A stretch of 64,000 nucleotides of DNA from Squalus acanthias (lineage: Eukaryota): NCBI GenBank assembly GCA_030390025.1, contig CM059432.1, positions 30,444,001 to 30,508,000 of the forward strand, in the 5' to 3' direction. Under the pieces are notes generated by a model. The model did not search any database, had not been told where the DNA came from, and was given only the letters and a program-made list of their open reading frames with translations. Made by a program: the position numbers and the translations under genes. Of the stretch, positions 1 through 13,506 are shown in pieces (positions within the stretch are counted from its first letter, which is position 1; every line of letters starts with the position of its first letter).

Positions 1-551
1 CCATATACATATTAAATGATAGCTAATGTTTTATTACACTCATTTAAATTCTATTGGCGAAAAGCTTGACTCCGTAGTGCCTGAGTTTTCGGCGCTACGG
101 GTGCCGTTTTGTGCCAAAAATGGTGTCTGTGCCGCGCAGACACACTTCTGGTGCGTGCCGCGCCAGACACCATCTTGGTGAGGGCAATAGGGCGGGCGTT
201 AGGAGCGTGCGCCAGAAGTATGCAGAGTGCGCAGTTCATGACATCAATCAGCATGCAACGCTGAAGTGACTCCAGTACTGCCAATTTCATCGTTAACACT
301 GGAGCTAACCTCGCACAGCTGAACATGCGTTCAGCATCAGCAAGGACTCCCCACCAGCATTATTTAAAGGGATCAGCAACCACTCTCAGGTTAGTTGCTG
401 ATTAATGTCCACTGGCTCTGTGTAAGTTTGTGGAACTCTTTGGAGCTTTCTAGAGTTGTTTAAAGTTGGTGAGGTGATGGAGTGGTGCTGCAAGTGGAGA
501 AGGCTTTGCTTCTGACTTTAAGGTTTCTAGTTAGACCACTTGCTCCCAATC

Positions 552-1585
552 ATGGGTGCTGTAGTTGTCATCCCCCTTGGACTGCAGCATGACAGGGAGA
601 TGGAGCAGAGGCAGCAAAGAAGAGAACAAGCTGTTCGCAGAGAGAGGAGGAAGGGGAGAAGGGCTCTCAGCAGGAGGCCCTACCCACCTAGGGTCTTCCG
701 AGAGCAATTCTCTTACCTCAGCCTAAGCCAGGAGCAGTGTGTGAGGTGTCTGCGCTTTACGAAGGAGGTGTTCACAGAACTCAGCCACCTCTCGCAACCA
801 GACCTGTAGCCTCACGCCAGGGCAAGGGCAGCATTGCCAATGGCTGTGAAGGTGACCATGGCCTAGAAATTCATCGCGTTGGGATCCTTCCAGGCTGGAG
901 CAGGCGACATCTGTAACATCTCTCAGTTCGCCATCCACTGCTGCATAAAAGAGGTGACAGACGCTCTTTATGCCAGGAGAGGGGCCTTCATTGTCTTCTC
1001 TCTGAACAGAGAGAAGCAGGCAGAGCGTGCATGTGGCTTTGTCAGGACAGCGAGCTTAGCGATAGGGTGCCATCGACTGCACGCACGTGGCTATGCGGGT
1101 ACCGCAACTCAGCTGTGATGTACTGCAACCGCAAAAGTTTCCACTCACTGAATGTGCACTTGGTGTGTGACCATTCTCGGCATATCATGATGGTGAATGC
1201 CCGATATCCTGGCAGAAGTCATGATGCTTTTATTCTGTGCCAGTCCGTTGTTCCCTCAGTCTTTGAGTCACCAAGGCAAACCAGGGGCGACAAGGGCTAT
1301 CCCATAACCACCTGGTTTATGACTCCGCTCCGCAACCCAACCACACGTGGCCAGTATGCGTACAATGAGAGCCATGCTGCCACATGAAACATCATAGAGC
1401 AGAGCATTGGGATGCTGAAGCAATGGTTCCGCTGCCTGGACCGCTCTGGAGGAACACTGCAGTACTCACCAGAGGGCGTCTCAAGATTCGTCGTGGTCTG
1501 CTGCATGCTCCACAGCCTTGCCATCAGGAGGGCGCAGCCCTTGCCACCAGGCATATGGCGACCAGCTGAGGAGATGAAGGAAGAG

Positions 1586-1620
<35 letters not shown>

Positions 1621-1771
1621 GGAGGAGGAGGAGGAGGAGGAAGAGGAGGAGGAGGACGAAGAGGAGGAGGAGGAAGCGGAAGAGGAGGAAGCAGAAGGGA
1701 GGAGGCAACCCAGACAGCCCCTTTCTGACCGGGCTGTCCGTAATCGACTCATTCAACTGCGGCACCAGTGA
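552..1771 (+). pseudogene. Harbinger DDE transposase (HARBI1-like family), frameshifted
   Basis: Motifs spread across frames: RRPYPPRVFR, GSFQ..GDIC.ISQ, NRKSFHSLNVHLVCDH, YPGRSHDAFIL, GDKGYP, YNESH, LKQWFRCLDRSGG.LQYSP; acidic C-terminal tail. Confidence 0.92.
1578..1692 (+). repeat. (GAG/GAA)n microsatellite encoding the poly-Glu tail of the transposase
   Basis: Directly visible trinucleotide run. Confidence 0.95.
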
Positions 1772-1964
1772 ACGTAACCCCAATTCCACATTCACCTCAC
1801 CATCCCTCTGATAGGGACCATCACAGCATCCTCTTGACCACAATGCTGAAATGAAAGCCACCATCAAATATAAACATTCCAAATCAACATTATACAGCAA
1901 TCCATCAAATATTTTATAAAAAGTCAACTAATCACACTTGTGCATTCCCTTAGTGCCTGTCTTC

Positions 1965-3423
1965 CATTTGCCTTTGCCTGTCCTAATGCTCCTATGAAGT
2001 GCTACCCCAGTCGCTGCACAATGGCTGGTGGAAGGCTGCTGACATTCAGTTGGGGAGACTGCAGATGGCCTTGCAGGATGACCTCGAGCAGCTGTGGGCC
2101 ATCAGACCCTGCATCTGGTTGGGTTCACAAGTGCAGTAATGGAGTTGGCCATTAATTCCGTGCTGGAAATCATGGGCTCCAAGCACTGCGCAGAGCCCCG
2201 TGCAGGGTTGGAGCCGGATTCCTCCATGCTCCTTGACATTACACTCAGGCTTTCTGGCAGGCCTGCCAATGCACCTAGCATCTCATTGTGCATACCCTTC
2301 TTCCGTAGGCCACCCCATTGAAGTCCTCATCTGAGTTCTCTGCAGCAGAACTCATGTGTGACCTCGCCCTCTGAGGAGGTGGCACTGGCGATACCCTTTC
2401 CCTCTGCCCTGGCTGCAGGCCACTCATGCCCGGTGTCTCACCACGTACAGTTCCCTCGTCTAACCTATCCTCTAAAGTACGCGGAGTGTCAGTCTCTGAG
2501 CTGGTGGCTGGGATTATGAAATCGAGTGACACTATGTCTTCATGATCACTGTCTTCCTGCTCCTTCACCAGTGCATGGCCAGGTTGCAGTTCTTTGCAAT
2601 CTGAAACGAGAAAGGCACACGGGTACTGTTGTGGTGAGGGGAGGGGGGAAAGCAAGAGATGCATGCTTACACCATCTGCAGCTTATAAGTCAGAAGAGAT
2701 AGTGGGATGAGGGGGAAGTGGGATGTGAGAAGGAGGATTAGGTATGAGGATACCGTCATCTTGAATTGCTTCAGCCCCGCCGCTGGCCACGGGCTCAGCG
2801 ATTGCCCTTCCAAGAATGGCCAGCACCATCTCCTCCAAGTGGGTGAGATTACCCAGGCGCGCCCGTGTCCCTTCGGGTAGCCCCTGCTGGCTCCAATTGT
2901 GAGCCACCTTGTTCTGCAAGAGAAAAGGAAGTGTGTCAGTGAGTGTGGTGCAATGTGTGAGGTGCCTGTCATGGTTGATTGGCTGACAGTTTGTGCAAGA
3001 TGTGAGATGTGGGTGGGGGTCTTGCAGCAGTGGTATGTGTGTGAGGGTGAGGTGAAGCTATGAATGTGAGGTATAAGTCGTGTTTGGTAGCGATTGTTGG
3101 TAGGTGAGTGATGGGGGTGTGGTGCATTGAGCAGTGTGTGAGGCTAGTGGTGGGATATGGCATTTGAAGATGAATTCAATGTCCTTAACCACTCGTGTGA
3201 TGTCATTAAACCTCTTTCTGCACTGCAGCCAAGACCTTGGAGTTACACTGCTGGCATTGACAGCTATGGCCATCTGCTCCCATTGATGTTTTCAATTTTG
3301 CCTGGAGGGTCCCCTGGCCCCTTGTAGAAATTGGACCTCTCTGCTCCTTTCCACCTCCTGCACCAAGGCCTCCAGTGCTGCATCAAAGAACCTTGGTGCA
3401 TAGGCTCTCCCCTGTTGTGACAT
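1965..3423 (-). pseudogene. Harbinger Myb/SANT-like DNA-binding protein gene, 3 exons, decayed
   Basis: ATG at 3423 gives MSQQGRAYAPRFFDAALEALVQEV; then RSWLQCRKRFNDITR; exon 2 NKVAHN...LTHLEEMVLAILG; exon 3 EMLGALAGLPESL..MSRSMEES. Confidence 0.85.
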
Positions 3424-4271
3424 CAGCAGTTGTTTTGCACTGTCTTCTCCAGCCAGTTGAATGACCTGCTGCAGGGAGAATGCATGTCTCCTTTAAGTGG
3501 TGCAGACTGCTTTTAAGAAGTGGAGGCTAGCTTCCATTGGTGCTGCTAGCCTCGCATGAAGGTGGGCCCCCTACTGAGCGTTCAGCCACTCAGCAGCGCT
3601 GGGCTGAACGCTACAATCATTATAATTAGCAGGCAGATTGAAGGTTACGGGCTGCCTGCATTCCTTTTGGCAGGCATGAGGTGATCACGCATTACGCTCC
3701 CTGTGCCCGTTTTCGGGGCAATCCAATTTTTAGCCCTACATTGTTTTACACTGAGGATTATAGATCTCTAACACTGAGACATAAATTAAACTGAGGAATT
3801 CTGAGGATCATAGATCTTGACAGTAAAGTTCTATCTGCTTTCAACATCAGCAGGGCCCTCTGTATCTCTGCCACCAATTTTTATACTTCTTTTATGGCAA
3901 TTATTCCTTAATATGTGGATATAAATTTCATTCATAGTATGTGCTGTACGTGGTACTGAAAAAAAGAATAAAAATACAATATTTGGTTTTATCAGAATGT
4001 TATTTTCCTGTTGTTACTTTGTCTTCACTTTTCCTTTCATCACCTCCCCATTTTCGAGCAAGAGCCCGCTGTCAGTGGTATTGTAAAAAAGAAAAATACA
4101 TCATCAGTGAGAATGGTGATTAAAAACCTCTGCCTACCCATAGTGCAAATTAAAAAGCGCAAAGACATCTTAAAACTATGTATAGCAGCTTAAATGTCAT
4201 TATTTCAGTCCAGTTTCTAACCCATAAATCCACACCATTGTGATAGTGAGCTTTAATGAATGATTTAGACT

Positions 4272-5262
4272 ATTCTTTTTTAAATTCGTTTTTATGGGAT
4301 GTGGGCGTCGCTGGCAAAGCCAGCATTTATTGCCCATCCCTAATTGCCCTTGAGAAGGTGGTGGTGAGCCACCTTCTTGAACCGCTGCAGTCCGTGTGGT
4401 GAAGGTACTCCCAGAGTGCTGTTAGTTAGGGAGTTCCAGGATTTTGACCCAGCGACGATGAAAGTCAGGATGATGTGTGACTTGGAGGGGAGCTTGGAGG
4501 TGGTGGTGTTCCCATACGTCTGCTGCCCTTGTCCTTCTAGGTGGTAGTAGTCGTGGGTTTGAGCGGTGCTGCCGAAGAAGCCTTGGCGAGTTGCTGCAGT
4601 GCATCTTGTAGATGGTACACACTGCAGCCATGGTACGCCGGTGGTGGAGGGAGTGGATGTTTAAGGTGGTAGAGGGGGTGCCAATCAAGCGGGCTGATTT
4701 GTCCTGGATGGTGTCGAGCTTCTTGAGTGTTTTTGGAGCTACACTCATCCAGGCAAATGGAGAGTATTCCATCACACTCCTTACTTGTGCCTTGTAGATA
4801 GTAGAAAGGCTTTGGGGAGTCAGGAGGTGAGACACTCACCACAGAATACCTAGCCTCTGACCTGCTCTTGTTGCCACAGTATTTACGTGGCTGGTCCAGT
4901 TAAGTTTCTGGTCAATGGTGATGTTGATGGTGGGGAATTCGGCGATGGTAATGCCATTAAATGTCAAGGGGTGGTGTTTAGACTCTCGCTTGTTGGAGAT
5001 AGTCGTTGCCTGGCACTTGTGTGGCGCGAATGTTACCTGCCACTTATCAGCCCAAGCCGGAATGTCGTCCAGGTCTTGTTGCATGCGGGCATGGACTGCT
5101 TCATTATCTGAGGAGTTGTGAATGGCACTGAACAATGTACAGTCAACAGCGAACATCCCCATTTCTGACCTTATGTTGGAGGGAATCGCTGAAGATTGTG
5201 ACCTTCAATCACTACAACCATCTTCCTTTGTGCTAGGTATTACTCCAGCCAGTAGAGAGTTC
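4272..5262 (-). mobile_element. LINE family B (CR1/L2-group non-LTR retrotransposon), RT C-terminus and 3' tail
   Basis: ORF pieces MFAVDCTLF, WADKWQVTFAPHKCQ, IYKAQVRSVMEYS, LDTIQDK; 3' tail GGGCAATAAATGCTGGC..GCCAGCGACGCCCACATCCC. Confidence 0.9.
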
Positions 5263-6149
5263 TGCACATTGACCTCCAAGGAGAGGCAGTAGTTTTAGTG
5301 TGCAGCACTATGTCCGTGTCTGATTTGCTTTGTTTGCGCCATCAGATTTTGGAAGGTTACGGTGCCATGTGTTTCAATTACTTGGCTTACGAGCTTTGTG
5401 GGCTGTGTTATCACCATGCTGACTAGCCACTAGCAATGGTCTGGTTTCAAAGAATTTCCCCTGGTTCAGCCTCAGGGGAGTATATACAAAAACAACGAAT
5501 AATCCTATCCAATGCTGACTGGGATTCTGTCTGCCAAGCAGAGCCCTCAGTTTCAATCTGTATTAAAATAAGGTTAGCTTTGGGACATTACCATACTCCA
5601 GTCCATCCTCCAGAAGCAACCCTTGAACAATAGCTGAGTGCTGGAGATGCAGTGGTGAGAAGGCCACCAAATTGACAATAAATGGATGTGCCAAATGATC
5701 ACCAAGCACCTTTTTAAAAAACCAAATCAGGTACACTGCATTCTTGGCCTGCCCATGGTGACACTCCTTCTCCCAACCCCATTATCCCCTCTCTGGAGCC
5801 CAATAGAAGCTTAGTTTAGATGCCTTCCTAACTGCATCTCTTGTGAAATGGCGTAAGTGGATAAAAACAGCCATTGATGTTATTTCTCTCGGGTTTCCGC
5901 TGAAGGTATGGTGGGAGATTGGGAGAACCCCTTCTAAAGATTGTGCCTCCTGCACTGCTCTTGGTCGCAGTTCCAAGGGGGCTGGTAATAATCTGGCACT
6001 TTGCTTAAGTGGCCATTCATTTTATGTGAGGCCATAAACTATATGGGCAAGCTTTTCAACCATGGGGAACAATGCACTTGAGCCCGATCCTGTTCTCGTC
6101 CAACAATTTTCCTGTTTCTGGCAGCAGGAGGAACACTGGCTGATTTTTT

Positions 6150-6327
6150 TTCTTTCCCTTTTCTATAGTTTTGGGGAAGGTAGTCAATTTTAGTGACACC
6201 ATCGATGCTCTGCTTGAGATCTGCTGATTCAGCAGGGACTTGGGATCAAGCCTGGTCCTTCAGGGTCTACATGGCTTTGTGTCACACCATGTGATGGATT
6301 TATTTACTAAGCCATCAAGGGAGCCCT
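6150..6327 (-). mobile_element. old tRNA-derived SINE fragment (related + strand fragment near 28175-28285)
   Basis: Degenerate B-box-like segment followed by GCTGAATCAGCAGATCTC; similar to CTGGTCTGTGATGAGTTAGCTAATCTCAG near 28250. Confidence 0.4.
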
Positions 6328-6384
6328 GGCAGAAGTACTTTGAATGTAAAATACAATTGTCCACCATAAAGGTTGTTGAAGAAA

Positions 6385-6758
6385 CATAGAATCTAGGAGC
6401 AGGAGTAGGCCATTCGGCCCGTCGAGCCTGCTCCACCATTCAATACGATCATGGCTGATCATCCAAAATCCAGTACCCTGTCCCTGCTTTAATCCCCACA
6501 GTACATATATCCCACCCTACCCCCGTAACCCCACGTATTTAATTCCCCCTAACACTAAGGGTCAATTTATCATAGCCAAATCAACCTAACCCGCACATTT
6601 TTGGACTGTGGGAGGAAACCGGAGCACCCGGAGGAAACCCTCGCAGACACGGGGAGAATGTGCAAACTCCACACAGACAGTCACCCGAGGTCAGATTCGA
6701 ACCCAGGTCCCTGGCGCTGTGAGGCACCAGTGCTAACCACTATGCCACCGTGTTGCCC
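6385..6758 (-). mobile_element. V-SINE (HE1-type shark SINE) with CR1-derived 3' tail
   Basis: Minus strand has tRNA head (TGGCATAGTGGTTAGCAC...GGGTTCGAATC) and V-domain TGTGTGGAGTTTGCACATTCTCCCCGTGTCTGCG..GGTTTCCTCCGGGTGCTCCGGTTTCCTCCCACAGTCC; tail matches the CR1 3' ends in this window; AAGAAA on both flanks (possible TSD). Confidence 0.92.
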
Positions 6759-7235
6759 AAGAAAGGCATTCTTCTATTGGACATTGTATATTCATCAATT
6801 GGCAGCATTTTACTGGAGACATCTTACAATGAGAAGACAGTGGGTGAAGTCAGCACTTGGCCAGTCAACTGTCACTGCAGGAGAATGATGGGCATCCTTC
6901 CCAGGTCTTGCGGGTTGTGTTCTCCAAAAGAAGTTAAATGCTGAGCTCTTTATCCTCTGGGGCTGTAACGCTATCCAACTATGTCCAACAATACCAAATA
7001 TGTTAAGATACTCTCCCACACATGCTGTATGAACAAAATGTACTTTGGCAGCAGAAAATACTTAACCATTGTACACTCTGAAAAACAATAATAGAGCCAG
7101 AGCATGCATGCAAACAGATAGCTCAAAATCTCATGTAAGCCATAAAAAGGTTCGAAAGGAGTTTGATATGCAGATATAAAAAGTTGCTAATTGCTGTGAT
7201 TGTGAGGACTTATGGATACCCCAGTGCTTGTTTAC

Positions 7236-7381
7236 CTTGAGCAGTCATAGAAAAATGTCCTCGTTTCCAGGTTTATTCTATTGCTGACATCCTGGCATCA
7301 CTCAGCAGGTTGTCCATTTCTTCCAAACACGCCTGCTCAGAGGATTCCCATTAGCAAATCCTTTGGTGCCAGTACAGGCAG
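7236..7381 (-). other. candidate spliced exon (non-coding or 5'UTR)
   Basis: Acceptor TTTTTTTGCCTTTCCAG and donor CAAG|GTAAAC bracket 146 bp of non-repeat sequence; stops in all three frames. Confidence 0.25.
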
Positions 7382-7924
7382 CTGGAAAGGCAAAAAAATG
7401 GCACAAAGACTCATGAAAAACCAAGTGCCAGTGAATAAAAAAAACACAAAAAATTTGCAAAAAGAGCTCAGAAACAATTGCCTTTAAAATCTGTGGGCTT
7501 AAGGTTGGCCCAGAGGTCATCTTCCCACCATGTATCCTGGGTGTGCTGGGAACCTGGCATTCGGGACGGCTGCCAGTCACAAAATGGAGAGGTGCTTGTC
7601 CTGCCCCATGCAGAATGCACTAATGAGGCACCCGCCTGCTTAGCACAGGAGCTTCCAACACATACCCCGAGCTGACTGGACTCCTTTCTGCCTTATTTTG
7701 TGGTCCAGTCGACCCCAACTGGGCCCAAACACTGTGTGCACCAGACAGTAAAATGGACACCTTTGTGTTTTACAATTATTTTCAGTGTTCATTTAACATT
7801 TCCTTCACTTGCAGGGTTTTTTCGTTTTCTTCAATTTTTCCATTTTCCCACCATTTTTTATGTGGGCCTCACTCAGGTCTTTTCTTTTAGCTATCTGCAT
7901 GTTCTTATTTTCTCTTTTCATTGT

Positions 7925-8838
7925 CTCATTGATGATCTTATATCATCAAGCTTGGAAATGTAGTAAACAGTGAGGAAGATAGTGGTAGACTTCAGGAGGA
8001 CATAGACAGACTGGTGAAATGGGCAGACACATGGCAGATGAACTTTAATGCAACAAAGTGTGAAGTGATGCATTTTGGAAGGAAAAATGAGGAGAGACAA
8101 TATAAATTAAATGGTACAGTTTTAAAGGGGTTGCAAGAATAGAGAGACCTAGGGGTTCACATACACAAATCTTTGGAGGTGACAGAACAGGTTGATAAGG
8201 CTGTTAAAAAGCATATGGTATCCTTGGCTTTATAAATAGAGGCACAGTACAAAAGCAAGGAAGTTATAGTAGAGCTTTATAAATCACTGGTTAGGCCTCA
8301 GCTGGAGTATTGTGTCCAATTCTGGGCACCACACTTTATGAAGGCATTGGAGAGGGTGCAGAGGAGATTTACAAGAATGGTACCAGGGATAAGGGACTTC
8401 AGTTATGTATAGAAACTAGAGAAGCTGAGATTATTCTTAGAGCAGAGAAGGTTAAGGGGAGATTTAATAGTGTCCAGAATTATGAGGCATTTTGATTGAG
8501 CAGATAGGGAGAAACTGTTTCCACTGGCAGGAGGGTTGGTAACCAGAGGACACAAATTTAAGATAATTGGAAAAAAAGCCAGTAGGAAGATGAGAAGAAT
8601 TTTGTTATGATTGTTATAACAGCAAGCTGTTATGACCTGGAATGCACTGCCTGAAAGGGTGGTTGAAGTAGATTCAATTAACTTTCAAAGGGGAGTTGGA
8701 TATATATTTGAAAAAGAGAAATTTTCAAGGCTATGGGGAAAGAGCAGGGCAGTGGGACTAATTGGATAGCTCTTCAAAGATCTAGCATAGACACAATGGG
8801 GTTGAATGGCCTCCTTCTGTGCTGTATGATTCTTTGAT
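7925..8838 (+). mobile_element. CR1 LINE 3' fragment (decayed)
   Basis: RT C-terminal motifs ([31 protein letters not shown]) and CR1 3' terminus. Confidence 0.9.
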
Positions 8839-9029
8839 CAATTCTTTTTCTGTTCAGCAGTTTGCATGTTATTCACCCCAGAAACTCAGCATTCCCAGAT
8901 GCAAAACTAGGAAAATCAACCTTTGTAATCAACCCTATCCCACTCTTGAATTTAAGTACATAATCTAGGCTGACATTTCAAAGCAATACTGAGGGAGTGC
9001 TGCATTGTATTTTGGGTGAGATGTTAAAT

Positions 9030-10715
9030 GTATCCAAAATTGGTTTAGTGGCAGGAGGCAGAGGGTGATGGTCGAAGGTTGTTTTTGTGACTGGAAGCCT
9101 GTGTCCAGTGGTGTACCGCAGGGATCGGTGCTGGGTCCTTTGCTGTTTGTAGTGTACATTAATGATTTAGATATGAATGTAGGAGGTATGATCAGTAAGT
9201 TCGCAGATGACACAAAAATTGGTGGAGTGGTAAATAGCGAGGAGGAAAGCCTCAGGCTACAGGACGATATAGACGGGTTGGTCAGGTGGGCAGAACAGTG
9301 GCAAATGGAATTTAACCCTGAAAAGTGTGAGGTGATGCATTTTGGGAGGACAAACAAGGCAAGGGAATACACAATGAATGGTAGGACCCTAGGAAGGACA
9401 GAGGATCAGAGGGACCTTGGTATGCATGGACATAGATCCCTGAAGGCAGCAGGACAGGTAGATAAGGTGTTTAAAAAGGCATATGGGATACTTGCCTTCA
9501 TTAGCCGAGGCATAGAATATAAGAGCAGGGAGGTTATGATGGAGCTGTACAAAACGCTAGTTAGGCCACAGCTGGAATACTGTGTGCAGTTCTGGTCGCC
9601 ACACTATAAGAAGGATGTGATTGCATTGGAGAGGGTGCAGAGGAGATTCACCAGGATGTTACCTGGGCTGAGCGCTTCAGCTATGAAGAGAGACTGGATA
9701 GGCTGGGGTTGTTTTCCTTAGAGCAGAGAAGGCTGAGGGGGGACCTGATTGAGGTGTACAAAATTATGAGGGGCATAGATAGGGTAGATAGAAAGGAACT
9801 TTTCCCCTTAGTAGAGGGGTCAATAACCAAGGGGCATAGTTTCAAGGTAAGGGGCAGGAGGTTTAGAGGAGATTTGAGGAAAAACTTTTTCACCCAGAGG
9901 GTGGTTGGAATCTGGAACTCACTGCCTGAAAGGGTGGTAGAGGCAGGAACCCTCACATAGAAGATAGAAGATAGGAGCAGGAGTAGGCCATTCGGCCCCT
10001 CTAGCCTGCTCCGCCATTCAATGCGATCATGGCTGATCATCCAAATTCAGAACCCTGTCCCTGCTTTCTCCCCATATCCCTTGATCCCTTTAACCTTAAG
10101 AAATATATCCAACTCCTTCTTGAATATATTTAATGAATTGGCCTCTACTGCCTTCTGTGGTAGAGAATTCCACAGGTTCACCACTCTCTGGGTGAAGAAA
10201 TTCCTCCTCATTTCTGTCCTAAATGGCTTACCCCTTATCCTTAGACTGTGGCCCCTGATTCTGGACTCCCCGACCATCGGGAACATCCTTCCTGCATCTA
10301 GTCTGTCCAGTCCTTTCAGAATTTTATAAGTTTCAATGAGATCCCCTCTCATTCTTCTAAACTCCAGTGAGTATAAGCCCAATCGACCCAATCTCTCATC
10401 ATACATCATTCCTGCCATCCCAGTATCAGCCTGGTGAATCTTCGCTGAACTCCTTCCATGGCAAGAACCTCCTTCCTCAGATAAGGCGACTAAAACTGCA
10501 CACAATACTCAAGATGTGGTCTCACCAAGGTCCTGTACAACTGCAGCAAGGCATTCAAGAAGCATTTAGATGAGTACTTGAAATGCCATAGCATACAAGG
10601 CTACGGACCAAGTGCTGGAAAATGGGATTAAAATAGACAGGGCTTGATGGCTGGCGCGGACACGATGGGCCGAAGGGCCTCTTTCTGTGCTGTATAACTC
10701 TATGACTCTATGACT
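9030..10715 (+). mobile_element. CR1 LINE 3' fragment, interrupted by an inverted CR1
   Basis: [17 protein letters not shown]; (CTATGACT)n tail; nearly identical to the copy at 43160-44250. Confidence 0.95.
9959..10551 (-). mobile_element. CR1 LINE 3' fragment (different subfamily) nested in opposite orientation
   Basis: ORF LYSLEFRRMRGDLIETYKIL...RRNFFTQRVVNLWNSLP; the host CR1 resumes at CATTCAAGAAGC. Confidence 0.92.
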
Positions 10716-12022
10716 ACCTACCTATTCAAGTGAATGTAATGGATCCCAGGGCACCATTTGAAGAAAAGCAAGTTCTTCAACCGTCCGAGCCAATATTTGT
10801 CCCTCAGACAACATGAAATGCAGATTATCTGTGTTTTCATTGAATTTTCTGTTTGATAGACTTCGCTGTGTGGAGATTGGCTGCATCACTTGCCTGCATA
10901 ACAATAGTACTTCAAATTAATTCAATGTTTATATTCTGAGGATTTTTATGGTGTTATATAAATGCAAGTTCTTTCTTTCCATTCTGTAGCAAGAAAATCA
11001 AGCTGGTTGAAACTCATACCCCAAAATTGTTCAGAAAAATACTCCATCCTGACTGATAGTCAATGGGTTCAGGACTCAGCAATGAGGAGGATTGAATCTA
11101 TATTGTATGACAGCCATGGATACTGAGTGGCCAGACTCCAATTATGCATCATTGTGCTCTGCTGCCTCCCAATTAATCCAAGAATGGTTTGCCTTAATAA
11201 TCAGCCGGATCGATTTCAATGCTACATCATTATTTATGGCCTTGGACTATCAGTGTAACTCTAATAATCCTCCAGGGTCTTTTCATGCAAGTTCAAACCT
11301 GCCACCTATTGAATTTCAGCTTCAAAAGGATAGAGTGGCAATCATCAAAGCAAGTTATTACTGGGAGAGTGTTGGGACAGTTCTTCTAAAGAGAATTGTG
11401 ATTTCTGTAATAATATATGAGGCAGACAAAATATAAAATTACTGACTTGATTTGGGAGATCTTTCGGAAAGGAACTTGTCCTGATTAAAAACAGTGGCCG
11501 CGATTTTGCCAGCGCTCAGGGGGCGGGTTTGGAGGCGGGTAAGGTGGTAAAATAGGAAAAAATGATGGCGGGTTCCGATCCCGCCGTCAACCCGCCTCCG
11601 TTCAACTTTGCCAAAGGCGGGCTCCCAGACTCCCGTTTGGTCCCACCATCAAGCGGCGGGATAGGCCCTTAAGGCAGTTAACTGCTTGTTAACTGCCTGG
11701 ATAATGCCATTTTGACAGCCGTTTTACATTTTACCACTTTATCTGCGTGTTCCACGCTGTTCCCAAACCACGCCAGCTGATTGTGTCGGGTTCACCAAGT
11801 GGCTGCCTTCTTGACAGCTGCAGCTCCAGCATAAAAACTGAGCTCTCAACAAGGATCAGTTGCAGATGGCAGAACTTTGTTTTTCAATTCTTGGAAAACT
11901 TTTTGCAGGTCTACTGATCTTGGAAGTGGTGAAGCTGAGATCCATCTCCACTGTAACCTCCTGGGCAAACCCTCTCCCCACATTGACTGAGCGCTTCTTC
12001 AACGGAGATATCTACCAGCAGC

Positions 12023-13248
12023 ATGGGACCCATTTATTTCCTTTCAACCTGGTCCTCAGATTTGGAGGAAAAGCAGCCACGGCAGCAGCGCAACCAGGAA
12101 CAACAGCTGCAAAAACAGCAGGTGTGCCAACATTCTCCTCACCCACCTGATGCTGCACAGGGTAAAAGGCGTCAGCGCAGGGATGCACGTCGCCGCAGGA
12201 GATACCCCCAACACAGGGTTTACAGGCCGAGGATGACCTTCCTCAACATGACTGAGCAGCAGTGCCAATATTGAGGCTGAGACTTTCGCGAGAGGTGGTC
12301 AGTGACATCTGCGCAATGCTGCACCAACACCTGGAGCCCAGAGGAGCAGGTGGACACCCCTTACCAGTGGCTGTCGAAGTCACCACCACACTCAATTTTT
12401 TTGCTTCAGGGTCCTTCCAGGGCTCATCAGCAGACATCAGTGGCATCTCCCAGTCGGTCGCACACATTTGCATCACACAGGTAACCGATGCCCTCTTTGC
12501 CAAGGCGCACAACTACATCTACTTCACGACGGATCAAGCAAGTGTCACCACGCATGCGGTTGGCTTTGCAAATATGGCAGGCTTGCCAAGGGTGCAGGGC
12601 ATCGTAGACTGCACACATGTGGCCCTTAGTGCACCCCATCACAACCCAGCTGTTTTTGTCAACCGCAAAGGCTTCCACTCCCTCAATGTGCAGCTGGTGT
12701 GTAATCACAGGAAGGACATTTTGCATGTTTGTGCGAAGTACCCTGGAAGTTGTCATGACTCGTTCATCTTGTGGCAGTCTAGTGTGCCTCCGCTCTTCAA
12801 TCTGCCAAACCAACTTTCCAGGTGGCTCCTTGGAGACAAGAGCTATTCCCTGAAGACGTGGCTGATGACACCATTGAGGAGGCCGTCGAATGAAGCTGAG
12901 GAGCGCTACAATGCCAGCCACATTTCGACCAGATCCATCAACGAGCAATCCATCAGCTTGCTGAAGATGCGATTCAGATGCCTTGACAGATTAGGTGGAG
13001 CCCTGCAGTATTCAGCAGCCAGGGTCTCCAGAATCGTCGTGGTCTGCTGTGCACTGCACAACATCGCACAGCATCGTGGCTTGCAGCTGCCTGAGGAACA
13101 AGTGGCTCAGTGCATAGCCTCCTCAGATGATGAGGAGGAGGAGGAGGAGGAAGACCTTGCGGAGGCGGATGCACCAGTTCCAGCTGCACGCGAGCACATT
13201 GCTGCCCGTGGTGCAAGGGATGCACTAATCTTTGCCAGATTTGCTTAA
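12023..13248 (+). pseudogene. Harbinger DDE transposase, near intact (one frameshift near 12265)
   Basis: The 328-aa ORF carries [58 protein letters not shown]; the N-terminus ([21 protein letters not shown]) is in another frame. Confidence 0.95.
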
Positions 13249-13506
13249 GTAGATGACGCAAACAAATGTGGCTGGCACCTTCTTAACACACCATAGACAA
13301 TGGACAAGAACCTGTGGGTTCCTATCACTCTGACCAACATCATTACAATTGTAAGTCGTCCTCAATGTGGAACTTTCATTTCCCAGATTACACAGGCCAG
13401 AACTTCAACTGTTTGCCATCACTTCTGTTTAATCCATTCACAAAAGGATGAAAATGTCAAAATTGATACAGAACAGAACAGAACACCCAAGTGACCACCC
13501 TTGTGA

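Larger units (their letters stand above)
55..3736. mobile_element. PIF/Harbinger DNA transposon 1 (decayed autonomous-type copy)
   Basis: Transposase remnants on + converge with a Myb/SANT gene on -. Right end TCCAATTTTTAGCCC (3736); degenerate left end TGGCGAAAAGCTTGA (55) matches its reverse complement at 10/15. Flanks TAT/TAC. Confidence 0.88.
8925..10981 (+). mobile_element. DeuSINE (SacSINE1-like) split by a CR1 insertion (pieces ~8925-9029 and 10716-10981)
   Basis: 5' piece TACTGAGGGAGTGCTGCATTGT; 3' piece GATCCCAGGGCAC...ATATAAATGCAAGTTCTTTCTTT; colinear with the intact copies at 49215 and 60962. Confidence 0.7.

Noticed and set aside
1297..1927. Poly-Ser and poly-Leu ORFs on the minus strand
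   Set aside because: Antisense readings of the (GAG)n repeat.
6680..6758. tRNA gene (also 39397-39490)
   Set aside because: These are SINE heads without a complete cloverleaf, continuous with SINE bodies.
12262..13248. Domesticated HARBI1 host gene
   Set aside because: It lies between TIRs with a convergent Myb gene and is frameshifted, so it is a transposon copy.
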